A stretch of 64,000 bases of DNA from Candidatus Eiseniibacteriota bacterium (GTDB lineage Bacteria > Eisenbacteria > RBG-16-71-46 > SZUA-252). The stretch is taken from NCBI GenBank assembly GCA_036274595.1, contig DASUFL010000021.1:8521-72520 (forward strand). The letters are read 5' to 3'. A program made the translations under genes and the position numbers. Positions 1 to 14,049 of the stretch are shown piece by piece (the first letter of the stretch is position 1; every line of letters starts with the position of its first letter). The notes beneath the pieces are model-generated. The model did not search any database. It saw only the letters and a list, made by a program, of their open reading frames with translations, and was not told where the DNA came from.

Positions 1-125
1 GCGGAACACGGGGGGCGTGGTCCAGGCGGCCAGTGGCGAATTCAGCAAATCGACGCATCTCCTCGCCGTAGGCCCGCTCCGTGAGCGGCGAGCAGCGTCG
101 ATTCTCTTTCAGATAGCTGAGGAAC

Positions 126-145
<20 letters not shown>
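1..145 (-). CDS. xerC: Tyrosine recombinase XerC/XerD, N-terminus only (runs off the window edge)
   Basis: Not in the ORF track. GTG at 145 reads MERWITEFLSYLKENRRCSPLTERAYGEEMRRFAEF, matching the Xer SAM-like N-terminus (FLxYLxxExxxSxxTxxAY). Overlaps the topA stop by 20 nt; topA-xerC adjacency is common. XerC versus XerD cannot be resolved from 48 aa. Confidence 0.7.
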
Positions 146-2611
<2,466 letters not shown>

Positions 2612-2615
<4 letters not shown>

Positions 2616-3085
2616 TGCACCCCCGCCGTCGGAGCCGGGTCGAACGTGACCCCGTGCTCGTCGTCGAACCACCGGATGAGAACCTCGATCGCCAGCTCGC
2701 GCGCCTGCGCCTCGTCGTGGAGCGACGGGCCCATGTCGCGAGCCCTCGAGAGGATCTCCTCGAACTGCTCCGGCGAGACGTTCCCCGCTTCGAGCAGGCG
2801 GAACAGATACGCATAGGCCGGATTTGCGAGCAGGAGCGCCCGCTCCGGGCCGCTCGGGACGCGCACGTTCGGCCGCTCCTTGGCGGAGCCGTCGCCGAAG
2901 TCCTCGCGCGCATAGGGCTCGAGGGCGCGGACGATCATCTCGAATGCCTCACCGACCACGCTCGCGTCGAACCGGCCGGAGTCGAGCACACGGCTGAGCT
3001 CGAGGAGCGCGTCTTCATCGCCATCGACGAACGCCTTCAGCCGCTCGACGATGACCTGCACCATCTCCCGGACGCTTTCATCCAT
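2612..3085 (-). CDS. smg: Smg / DUF494 family protein
   Basis: 157-aa acidic protein immediately upstream of topA. The segment RVPSGPERALLLANPAYAYLFRLLEAGNVSPEQFEEILSRA and the terminal His resemble Smg. Confidence 0.7.
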
Positions 3086-3099
3086 GGTGTGGGCTCCTT

Positions 3100-6246
<3,147 letters not shown>

Positions 6247-6334
6247 GGCTTCCTTTTGGATGCGGTGGGGCCCCGTGCGCCCTCTACCCGCGGTGTCCGG
6301 GCCCGGTTCCGAGACCCGATACCCCTAGTATGGC

Positions 6335-6366
6335 AAAACCCCAGGAGCCGCTGGCCGCCGGGGGTT
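6335..6366 (-). terminator. Candidate intrinsic terminator or attenuator hairpin in the secA leader
   Basis: Minus strand AACCCCCGGCGGCCAGCGGCTCCTGGGGTTTT forms a GC stem followed by UUUU. Confidence 0.4.
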
Positions 6367-6455
6367 CGGTACGTGACTGCCGACCTATAAACTCTTGTGG
6401 CTTCGCTGGTTAGTCCGTTCGTCGTCCTTCGGCTAGACTCTATTCTTTGGCGGGC

Positions 6456-6485
6456 AGTCTAGGGGCGGCCCCCGGGGAGTGTCAA
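6456..6485 (-). promoter_or_regulatory. sigma70-type promoter upstream of secA
   Basis: TTGACA (6485-6480), N18, TAGACT (6461-6456). Confidence 0.7.
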
Positions 6486-6581
6486 GCCGGAATGGCCGTT
6501 TCATGCCTATCTAAGTAGAAGCATCCCTCGGCCAAACGGTTCCGGGGTCACGACGGGGCCGGGTGGTGCCTGCATCCCCCC

Positions 6582-6610
6582 TTGGATGCCGCCCGAACGT
6601 GCCCTATGGT
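6582..6610 (+). promoter_or_regulatory. sigma70-type promoter for the two beta-barrel genes
   Basis: TTGGAT (6582-6587), N17, TATGGT (6605-6610). Confidence 0.5.
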
Positions 6611-6656
6611 ACCCGCTCGTCCCCCTGGCCTCCCCGGACCCATGGAAGGCGCGATC

Positions 6657-7319
6657 ATGTCGAAGTGGGCTCCCCGCACGCTCTTCTTGGTGATGCTCGT
6701 ATCGATCGCGTCGCCGACGCACGCACGCGCGGCCGCCGTCGGCGCGCTCTTGGGCGTGGGACGTCAGGCCATCTCCGGAGACGCTCCCCCAAACACCTCC
6801 TACGGCGCGAGGGGCGGCTTGATTGCCGGTGTCCAGGGAGAGATGGCGCTCACCCCGAGCATCGCGCTCTGCGTCCAGCCCAGCTTCGCCCAGCGCCGAA
6901 CGACCCTCACGTCGGTGGACGATGTAACGGGTGAGGACGCGCTCGATCTGAACCTCGATTACGTCTCGGTCCCTGTCCTGCTCAAGTTCGGAGCTGCGGG
7001 AGGTCGAACGTACTTCGCGGGCGGCGTCGACATCGGATTTCTTCAGTCGGCTCATCTCACAGGAGATGGGCTCGACCGGGACATCAAGGACCGCTTCAAC
7101 AGCATGGACGTCGGCGCCCTGTTCGGGTTCGGCGTCGTATTCCCGGTGGGGAGGCCACGGCTCACGACCGAGCTCCGGTATGTGCAGGGCCTGGTCAATC
7201 TCTCCAGCGGCGATTTCGCTGAGGCCGCGGCCTCGACCGCAACGTCCCTTCCGGACCGCTTTCACTCCGGCGGCCTCGAGCTGATGGCCGGAATCCTGTT
7301 CCCGCTCGGGAAGCCATGA
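6657..7319 (+). CDS. Outer-membrane beta-barrel protein (OMP_b-brl_2 / porin-like)
   Basis: Signal peptide MSKWAPRTLFLVMLVSIASPTHARA; motifs LNLDYVSVPVLLKF, YFAGG..GFL and LRYVQGL; terminal amphipathic strand LMAGILFPL. ATG 6657 follows a GGAAGG SD. Confidence 0.8.
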   Translation: MSKWAPRTLFLVMLVSIASPTHARAAAVGALLGVGRQAISGDAPPNTSYGARGGLIAGVQGEMALTPSIALCVQPSFAQRRTTLTSVDDVTGEDALDLNLDYVSVPVLLKFGAAGGRTYFAGGVDIGFLQSAHLTGDGLDRDIKDRFNSMDVGALFGFGVVFPVGRPRLTTELRYVQGLVNLSSGDFAEAAASTATSLPDRFHSGGLELMAGILFPLGKP

Positions 7320-8263
7320 TGCCTCGAACGCCGACCCTCGCCTGCCCGGCGGCAATCGCGTGCTTCCTGGCGCTCATGCTGACTCCCATGACGGCTCGCG
7401 CGGATCGGCCCTCGCTGAACGGCCACACGTTCATCTCGACCGACCTGGTCCCGGACGCGCAGGTACGCACGTACATCCGAAACAACATCGGATACACCAT
7501 GACCCCCGAATTCGACTATCCGCCGGTGGCGATCCGAGGCGACACGCTGGCCGTCCTCAGCGGCAGCCTGGCCTATGCCCTGCTCGGGATGGAATACCAG
7601 AGCGCGATCCGCGACTGGATCGGTGTCCGCGCCTCGATCGGAATGCGCACGCGCCTGGGGACGCAGGCGGCCTCGCTCGTCAACGAAGGAGTGAACGTCT
7701 CGAGCACCTTCGAGCTCGGCTGGCTGGTCCGCCTTCGCGAGACTCAGAAAACCGCGCTCTCCGTCTCGCTCGACGTCACGAGACAGACGCTGACGCTCAT
7801 CGACTTGAGGCAGTTCACCGAGGACGTCGTCGACGGAAATCCTGAGCCGCGCTTGATCGACAATGTCCCGATGATCCGGACCAAGGCTGGGCTCCGTTTC
7901 GGGTGGGCCGTGAGCCGGCCCCTGGGCGTAACACTCCTCGGCGAGGGATCGTACGGCGAGGCGCCGCACCGCGGCCAATCGGATTCGTGGGAGTACGGCT
8001 TGGGAGCGAGCGTCGATTTCGACGGACATGCGGCCTGGGGCGTTCCGGTCGGCTTCGCGGTTGCCTATCGCGAGACTTCGCTTCCCGTGATCATCGAAGC
8101 GGATCACGGGAAGGCGCGCCAGACACTCCTTCGCATCGCCTACACGGGGAAGCCGGACTTCCTCGTCGCCCTGGACATCATGGGGCTGGTCGACCGAGAC
8201 AACGTTCAGGTCGAGCCCGTCTGGTCGGGCGGCGCCGCGTTCTCACTGCGGTACTACTTCTAG
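7316..8263 (+). CDS. Hypothetical exported protein, probable outer-membrane beta-barrel
   Basis: Signal peptide, alternating amphipathic strands, BAM-type C-terminus FSLRYYF. ATGA overlap with the upstream gene. Confidence 0.7.
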   Translation: MMPRTPTLACPAAIACFLALMLTPMTARADRPSLNGHTFISTDLVPDAQVRTYIRNNIGYTMTPEFDYPPVAIRGDTLAVLSGSLAYALLGMEYQSAIRDWIGVRASIGMRTRLGTQAASLVNEGVNVSSTFELGWLVRLRETQKTALSVSLDVTRQTLTLIDLRQFTEDVVDGNPEPRLIDNVPMIRTKAGLRFGWAVSRPLGVTLLGEGSYGEAPHRGQSDSWEYGLGASVDFDGHAAWGVPVGFAVAYRETSLPVIIEADHGKARQTLLRIAYTGKPDFLVALDIMGLVDRDNVQVEPVWSGGAAFSLRYYF

Positions 8264-8266
8264 CTC

Positions 8267-8851
8267 TCAGCGCAGCAACAGCTCCATCGCGAACCCGGCC
8301 GACAGTGGAATGCGAAAATTGTCATCGAGCGGTATCGGCAGAAGCTCGAACACCGTCGCCACCGCGGCGCCCACCAGCCCCACCGGGAACGGCAGGTTCG
8401 GCCCGGGCATGATCAGCGTGAGGCCGTAGCAAACCGCGAAGCACGCGAGCGATCCCTCGAGCGTCTTCCCGAAGATCCGGACCTTGCCGATCGACTTCCC
8501 CACGATCGCGGCAACCGTGTCACCGAGGATCAAGAAGCAGAGCGCGAGCACCGCGATGTCCTTCGGAAAGAGATGGATCGTCAGCAGGAACGCGATCAGG
8601 AGGTAGGTCGACCCGAGGAGGCTCGCCTCCTCGTGATTCCGCAAGAGCTCGCCGAAGAAGTGCCGGAAGACGTGCCGCGTGCGCGGATGATTCAGCCGGA
8701 ACACTTCGATCGCGAGCGAGAGGATCACGAGCGCGAGGAGTCCGCGCTCCCAGCCCTTCTGCCACGAGTCGGGCGTGAAGAAGTAGGCGAGCGGGATCGC
8801 GATCGAGGAGAGGTGGATCGATTTCCGCTTGAGCTCGTTGCCGAGGAGCAC
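8267..8851 (-). CDS. CTP-dependent diacylglycerol/polyprenol kinase family (SEC59/DGK1/VTE5-like) membrane protein
   Basis: RKSIHL, LILGDTVAAIVG, GKTLEGSLA and LDDNFRIP motifs; multiple TM helices. Confidence 0.85.
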   Translation of the reverse strand: MLLGNELKRKSIHLSSIAIPLAYFFTPDSWQKGWERGLLALVILSLAIEVFRLNHPRTRHVFRHFFGELLRNHEEASLLGSTYLLIAFLLTIHLFPKDIAVLALCFLILGDTVAAIVGKSIGKVRIFGKTLEGSLACFAVCYGLTLIMPGPNLPFPVGLVGAAVATVFELLPIPLDDNFRIPLSAGFAMELLLR

Positions 8852-8852
8852 C

Positions 8853-11213
8853 CTAGGGCCTGCCCGCCGAGCCCGAGCCGTAGAGCGCCTCGTAGCGGCG
8901 CCAGATCGAATAGACCTGCTTCACGTAGTCGCGGGTCTCCCGGTACGGAATCATCTCCACCCACACGTCGTCCACCACCGGTCGGTCGCGGAGCCACCGG
9001 CGTACCGCGTCCTCGCCCGCATTGTAGGCTGCCATGGCCGCCCGTGGGTCCTTGAATTCTCGAAGGAGCCCGCGCAGGTAGGCGGCCCCCAGCCGCACGT
9101 TGAGGTCGGGATCGGTGAGCGACCCCTCGGTCACGGGCGACCCGTTCAGGCGCGACGCCGTGGGCGGCATGAGCTGAAGCAGTCCGATCGCGCCCGCCTT
9201 GGACCGCGCGTTCCGCTGATAGATGCTCTCCTGGCGCATGATCGCCCAGAGGAGCGCCGCCGTGACGCTCTCCCGCTCGGCGGCATGCAGGACCGCGGTC
9301 GGGTACGCGGGAGGATATTCCAGGCGGGCCTGGGGCAGGAGTCCCGCGCGGCCGACGCGGAACACGCCTCGCTCCTCGAGCTCGTCCGTGCAGCCGCGCG
9401 CCTGCGCGGGGTCGCCGTTCCTGGCGCAGTCGCGCAACAGGTCCATCAGCAACGGCACGGCGCCGGCGCCGCCGAGCACGCGCGCGGGCAGAGGCGGATC
9501 GAGCTCGCTCTCGGGAATGGCGCGCACCATCGCCTCCGCGGAAGAGTCGGAGTCCGCCGGAGCTGCCGCCCCGGGGAGCGGCGCGCCGACGCGCTGGAGC
9601 TCCTCACGGGCGCGCACGCCTTCATAGGTCCAGGGTTCTCCGTTCGCGATGGCTCCGAGCGCCGCGTACGCTCCGGCGGTGTCGCCCGCGGCGAACCGCG
9701 CCCGGGCGCGCCAGTACCGTGGGACGGTGCCGATCGAGTCCGTGATGGCGATCACCGCGGAGTCCGGCTTCCCCGCCCGCAGCATGGCGATCCCGGCGTG
9801 GGCCGCCCGCGGCGGCGCGATGGCAGGATCGCCGACGTACGGCCGCGCCCACGCGAAGATCGCGGCCGCCTCCGAGGGACTCCGGCGATCCTCCCACTCG
9901 CGGGCCCGCTCCCAGGCCGCCTGCGAGGCGTTCGGCCCCTTGGGATCCACCACGACCGCGCGCACGAACGCGGCATCCATGGCCGCGAACGAGCCCTGCG
10001 CGCGGAGCGACCGCGCGAGACCGAGCGCCAACCGGGCGCGCTCCTCCGAGGACAGGTCCTTTCGCGCCAAGAGGCGCTGATATCCGAGAACGGCCTCGTC
10101 GTGGCGCTTCAGCCGGGCGAGAAGCGACGCGCGAAGCTCGGCGCGATTGAACTCCGCGTTCGCCATGCGGGGCGGCGCGCGCCGCGCATCGAGGAGCCCG
10201 AGCGCGGCATGGCTCTCCCCCATCGCCCCGAGCTGCTTCACGAGATCGAACCAGCGGTTCTCGTCGAGTGAATCGATGCGCGCGCCCCGAGCCTCGCCGG
10301 CGGCTCTCATCGCGAGCGGATAGCGGGCCGCGAGCGTTCCCTTGCCGGAGCGCACGGCGTCGATCAGCAGATCCACGGCGCCCAGGGTGTCGCCGGCCGA
10401 CTCCATGAGATCCGCGCGGATGTCGACGAGGAGCGCCTCTTCGTCCGGGTTCATGGCCGAGGCCGACGAGAGCACGGCGCCCGCCAGCCGAGGCTCCCCG
10501 CTCGCCAGGAGCGAACGCGCGAGCGCCATGCGCGCGTAGCTCCGCACGGCGGGACGCGGATGGCTCTGCAACCGCCACAATGCGGCGCGACGCGCCCTGG
10601 GAAGATCGAGCGAGTCGGACAGCTCGGCGGCGACGAGGTAGGAAGCGTCGGCGGAGGGACCGGAAAAGCGCCCCGTGATGTCGGCGCCGAAACGCGCCGC
10701 ACCGCCGCGACGATCGGGCGGCCATCCGAGGATCGCGAGCCCCGAGTCAGGCGCGCCGAGTCCAACCGCGCGGGCGTGGAGGGGAGCCAGCGAAGCGTCG
10801 AATCGAAGCGGACCGCCAAGGAGGAGCTTTGCCGACTCGACACGGCCGTCCTCCATCAGATCGAGCGCGCCGTTCCGGAGCGTCCCCTCGAAGGCGGGAT
10901 CCGGCCGCCCGGCAAACCCCACGGCGCCCGAGCGAATCCACGCCTCGAGCGCTCCGAGGTAGGTCGACTCGGCGCGCGCGGCCTGCGAGAAGGTGGCCGC
11001 GATCTCGGGAAGGCTGCCGCTCCAGCGCGCGGTGCGGTACGCGCGCCGCGCCTGATCCCAGGCGGCGCGCTCGGCGCTCATCTTCTTGGCGCCTTCCTTC
11101 CACACGGTCTCGGCGCCACAGATCATCGCGCCCGGCAGGAGCGCGAAGGCAGCGGCCGCGGCGAGCGCGGCCGTCCATGCCCCGAGAAGAAGCCCCCGCC
11201 CCCGCCGCGCCAC
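8853..11213 (-). CDS. slt: Soluble lytic murein transglycosylase (Slt70-like) with a TPR/alpha-superhelical N-terminus
   Basis: C-terminal SLT domain AIMRQES, AIGLLQLMP, AAYNAG, PYRETRDYV. N-terminal hydrophobic signal or anchor. Confidence 0.9.
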   Translation of the reverse strand: MARRGRGLLLGAWTAALAAAAAFALLPGAMICGAETVWKEGAKKMSAERAAWDQARRAYRTARWSGSLPEIAATFSQAARAESTYLGALEAWIRSGAVGFAGRPDPAFEGTLRNGALDLMEDGRVESAKLLLGGPLRFDASLAPLHARAVGLGAPDSGLAILGWPPDRRGGAARFGADITGRFSGPSADASYLVAAELSDSLDLPRARRAALWRLQSHPRPAVRSYARMALARSLLASGEPRLAGAVLSSASAMNPDEEALLVDIRADLMESAGDTLGAVDLLIDAVRSGKGTLAARYPLAMRAAGEARGARIDSLDENRWFDLVKQLGAMGESHAALGLLDARRAPPRMANAEFNRAELRASLLARLKRHDEAVLGYQRLLARKDLSSEERARLALGLARSLRAQGSFAAMDAAFVRAVVVDPKGPNASQAAWERAREWEDRRSPSEAAAIFAWARPYVGDPAIAPPRAAHAGIAMLRAGKPDSAVIAITDSIGTVPRYWRARARFAAGDTAGAYAALGAIANGEPWTYEGVRAREELQRVGAPLPGAAAPADSDSSAEAMVRAIPESELDPPLPARVLGGAGAVPLLMDLLRDCARNGDPAQARGCTDELEERGVFRVGRAGLLPQARLEYPPAYPTAVLHAAERESVTAALLWAIMRQESIYQRNARSKAGAIGLLQLMPPTASRLNGSPVTEGSLTDPDLNVRLGAAYLRGLLREFKDPRAAMAAYNAGEDAVRRWLRDRPVVDDVWVEMIPYRETRDYVKQVYSIWRRYEALYGSGSAGRP

Positions 11214-11216
11214 GAC

Positions 11217-14018
11217 CTACTTCAGCAGAACCACGCGGAAGGTCTGTTCCTTGCCCTGGATGTCGACTCTGGCGAAGTAGATGCCCGCGCGGCAGGTTTC
11301 CCCGTTCCGATCCTTCGCGTTCCAGGTCGCGTGGAACTCGCTCGCGACGAGGCCGGTTGCGGCGGGAAGCTCGCGGATGAGGCGGCCGCGCACGTCGTAG
11401 AGGCGCACCACGGGGCTGAGCTCCGGATGCGGGAGGCCGTCGGGAGCGGTGAAGCGGAACTGGAGCGAGCCGGCCGAGGGAGCGCCGATGTGATACGGGC
11501 TCGGGCCGCCGCGCAGGGACACGGCCCGCACGGTCGAGGTGGGCGCCGTGCGCGCCTGGACGACGACGTTGTCCACGTACCAGCCCTCGTACGCGCGGAC
11601 CTGCTCGCCGAAGCGCCCGAAGGGCGGATTGTCCTCGTTCGACGAGAAGCGGAAGCGCACGCGGGCTTCCCCGGAGTAGCCGGTGAGATCGGCGGTGACG
11701 TGCCGCCAGCTCTGCGGCGATCCGGAGAAGACGTCCTGACCGCGGAGCGAGGCCCCGGAGTCGAACTTGATGATCGTGCCGTAGCCGCCGTCCACGGCGA
11801 GCGGGACCCACTCCCCGCCGTTCATCGAGAGCTCGACCCGGCCGCCATCCACCGACTCCGTTCCGCCGTAGGTCTCGGCATCGATCCAGGAGTCGAACGC
11901 GAGCTGGCTTCCGGCCGGAAGCTCGAACGTGGGCGAGACGAGCGCGGCGTCCTGCATCGGCGCGTAGCTCAGGTCCTCGGGCGCGCCCGACGTGGCGGTC
12001 GAGCCCACCTTGGCGCTCCAGATCCCGCTCTTCGCACGCTGCTGCCCCTCCGCGTGCCACTGGTTGCTCGAGCTGCCGGGAAGCGACTCGGTCTCCCAGA
12101 AGAGGCCCGGCTCGTCGCCCGACTCGAAGTCCTCGGAGAGGCCGGGCTGCGCCCCCACGACGATGTCGAACCCGAACACGCCGTTGTAGGTGCCGTCGCT
12201 CCAGTTCACGTTGAAGTGGACCAGATGGGGCTGGTTGGCGATGGATCCGATCGTGTACGCAAAGGGCGTGGACGTCGTGACCGCGGCCCCGGCCGCGGCC
12301 GAGGGGGCCGCAACGGTGGGCGTGTTCAGCGTCACCGCCGGGTCCCCGGTGCTGATGGTGAGGGTCAAGGGGCCCGACGGAATCCCCACGTTCTTCATCG
12401 TGAGCGTGAGCTGCTCGGCCTCGTTCGGATCCGGGAGCCCATCGCCGCCGCCATCGTCGATCGTGTAGCGCACGGTGCGGAAGTCGGGCTTCGTCGCGAT
12501 CTGGAGATCGAACGAGACCGTGTCCGCGGCGTAGGCGATGTTCGTGATCCGGATGCCGGTGTCGAACAGATTGAAGTCGCGCGTGTTGGGCGTCGTGCTT
12601 TCGGTGATGTTCGTCTTCGCCGTTGTCCCCGGGAAGAAGTCGCCCGGATCGCCGTAGTTGGCGCCGCTCTCGAGCTGGCCGAGATTGTCCGCCGCCACGA
12701 TGCGCGCGCGGTAGTTCGCGGGCCCGTCGATGTTGTCCATCTTGGTGTCGTCGATGTGATAGACGAGGAGCCCCTCACCCGGGAGCCACGCGTCCGATCC
12801 TTCCTTCGTGCGGTTCTCGACGAGGAAGTACTCGGTCCCAGGCTCGCCGTTCGTCCAGATCTTGATCGAGCCGCCGCCGCGCGTGACCGGCGGGAGCACG
12901 TAGTGTCCGGCCGTGGCCGGCGTGGGATTGTCGAATCCGAGGAATTGGCGGGACCAGGCGTCGAGGTTCGAGGGATTCGCCCCCTGGACGCCGGGGCCGG
13001 TCGTGTTCGGGTCGCCCGAGAACGGCAGGTAGTTCCCCACCGCCATGAGCGAGTAGAAGCCAAGCCCGTTCCCGCCGCTCAGGTCATAGAGATCGGGCAG
13101 GCCCAGCGTGTGGCTGAACTCGTGGATCCAGGTCCCCACCGCATTGTCGCCCGGGTAGTCGTTGTACTCGCTCCCGAGGTTGTAGAGGAACCCCCGCTTG
13201 TCGCCGAGCGGCATGCCGGGCAGGCAGCCGGCGCCCGAGTTCGCCTCAGGGCAATCGGAGTAGAGCGCGATCCCCGACTCGTGCGCCCAGAGCCTCGGGC
13301 AGCCCTGCGGCACGGAGCACTGCGTCTCGCCGCCTTGGCCAGGCACGATCACCATGACCGCGTCGATGTAGCTGTCGTCGTCGCCGCTCGACGGCACCCC
13401 GTCCGGTCCGTCGTTGTCGAAGAACTTGAGATTGCCGTCGAAGTCGTTGTACGCGGCATCCATCGCGTCCTCGGCGAGCTTCTGGGCCGAGCGCGGGTAG
13501 GCTCCGAAGTTGAGCCCCGCGTAGTCGTTCACGTAGTACTGATAGCTGTGCGGCATTTCGAGCCAGTCGGAGGTGACGTAGCCCGAGATGACGAGCCGGC
13601 CGTTCGAGTTGGTTCGATAGTACTCGCGGAGGCTCGTGATCCCGTCGCTCGGATCGTCGCTGAAGAGACGGTTGTAGAAGTACCGCGGCGTGCTCACGGC
13701 CGCCGGGCCCGAGGAGGGCGAGCCGCTCTCCGACGGGAACTTGCAGAGCACGACGAGCACGTTCCGGTGCGCCACGCCCTGCCGCGGGAACTTCGCCATG
13801 TCGAGCGCGAATTGCGGATAGATCCTGTCCACGCCCATCGCGCGGAGATCGAGGCGCGCCTGGTCATAGGCCTTGATCGCGGCGCTCCGCTGGACCTCGG
13901 TGAGGTTCTGATACACCTTCGGAGACGGAGCCGCGGCCCAGACGGGCGCGACCACGAAGGTGAGAAGCGTCAGGGACAGCGCGGCGACGCGCGCACGCAC
14001 GGCTCGATCATGGCTCAA
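11217..14018 (-). CDS. Secreted M6 family (immune inhibitor A-like) metalloprotease with a FlgD/T9SS-like C-terminal domain
   Basis: Signal peptide; HEFSHTLGLPDLYD zinc motif; YFLVENR and GLLVYHID motifs; C-terminus RLYDVRGRLIREL...WNAKDRNG...AGIYFARV...RVVLLK. Confidence 0.9.
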   Translation of the reverse strand: MSHDRAVRARVAALSLTLLTFVVAPVWAAAPSPKVYQNLTEVQRSAAIKAYDQARLDLRAMGVDRIYPQFALDMAKFPRQGVAHRNVLVVLCKFPSESGSPSSGPAAVSTPRYFYNRLFSDDPSDGITSLREYYRTNSNGRLVISGYVTSDWLEMPHSYQYYVNDYAGLNFGAYPRSAQKLAEDAMDAAYNDFDGNLKFFDNDGPDGVPSSGDDDSYIDAVMVIVPGQGGETQCSVPQGCPRLWAHESGIALYSDCPEANSGAGCLPGMPLGDKRGFLYNLGSEYNDYPGDNAVGTWIHEFSHTLGLPDLYDLSGGNGLGFYSLMAVGNYLPFSGDPNTTGPGVQGANPSNLDAWSRQFLGFDNPTPATAGHYVLPPVTRGGGSIKIWTNGEPGTEYFLVENRTKEGSDAWLPGEGLLVYHIDDTKMDNIDGPANYRARIVAADNLGQLESGANYGDPGDFFPGTTAKTNITESTTPNTRDFNLFDTGIRITNIAYAADTVSFDLQIATKPDFRTVRYTIDDGGGDGLPDPNEAEQLTLTMKNVGIPSGPLTLTISTGDPAVTLNTPTVAAPSAAAGAAVTTSTPFAYTIGSIANQPHLVHFNVNWSDGTYNGVFGFDIVVGAQPGLSEDFESGDEPGLFWETESLPGSSSNQWHAEGQQRAKSGIWSAKVGSTATSGAPEDLSYAPMQDAALVSPTFELPAGSQLAFDSWIDAETYGGTESVDGGRVELSMNGGEWVPLAVDGGYGTIIKFDSGASLRGQDVFSGSPQSWRHVTADLTGYSGEARVRFRFSSNEDNPPFGRFGEQVRAYEGWYVDNVVVQARTAPTSTVRAVSLRGGPSPYHIGAPSAGSLQFRFTAPDGLPHPELSPVVRLYDVRGRLIRELPAATGLVASEFHATWNAKDRNGETCRAGIYFARVDIQGKEQTFRVVLLK

Positions 14019-14049
14019 CGGAGTCTCTCCGGATGGATGATGGGAAGCC

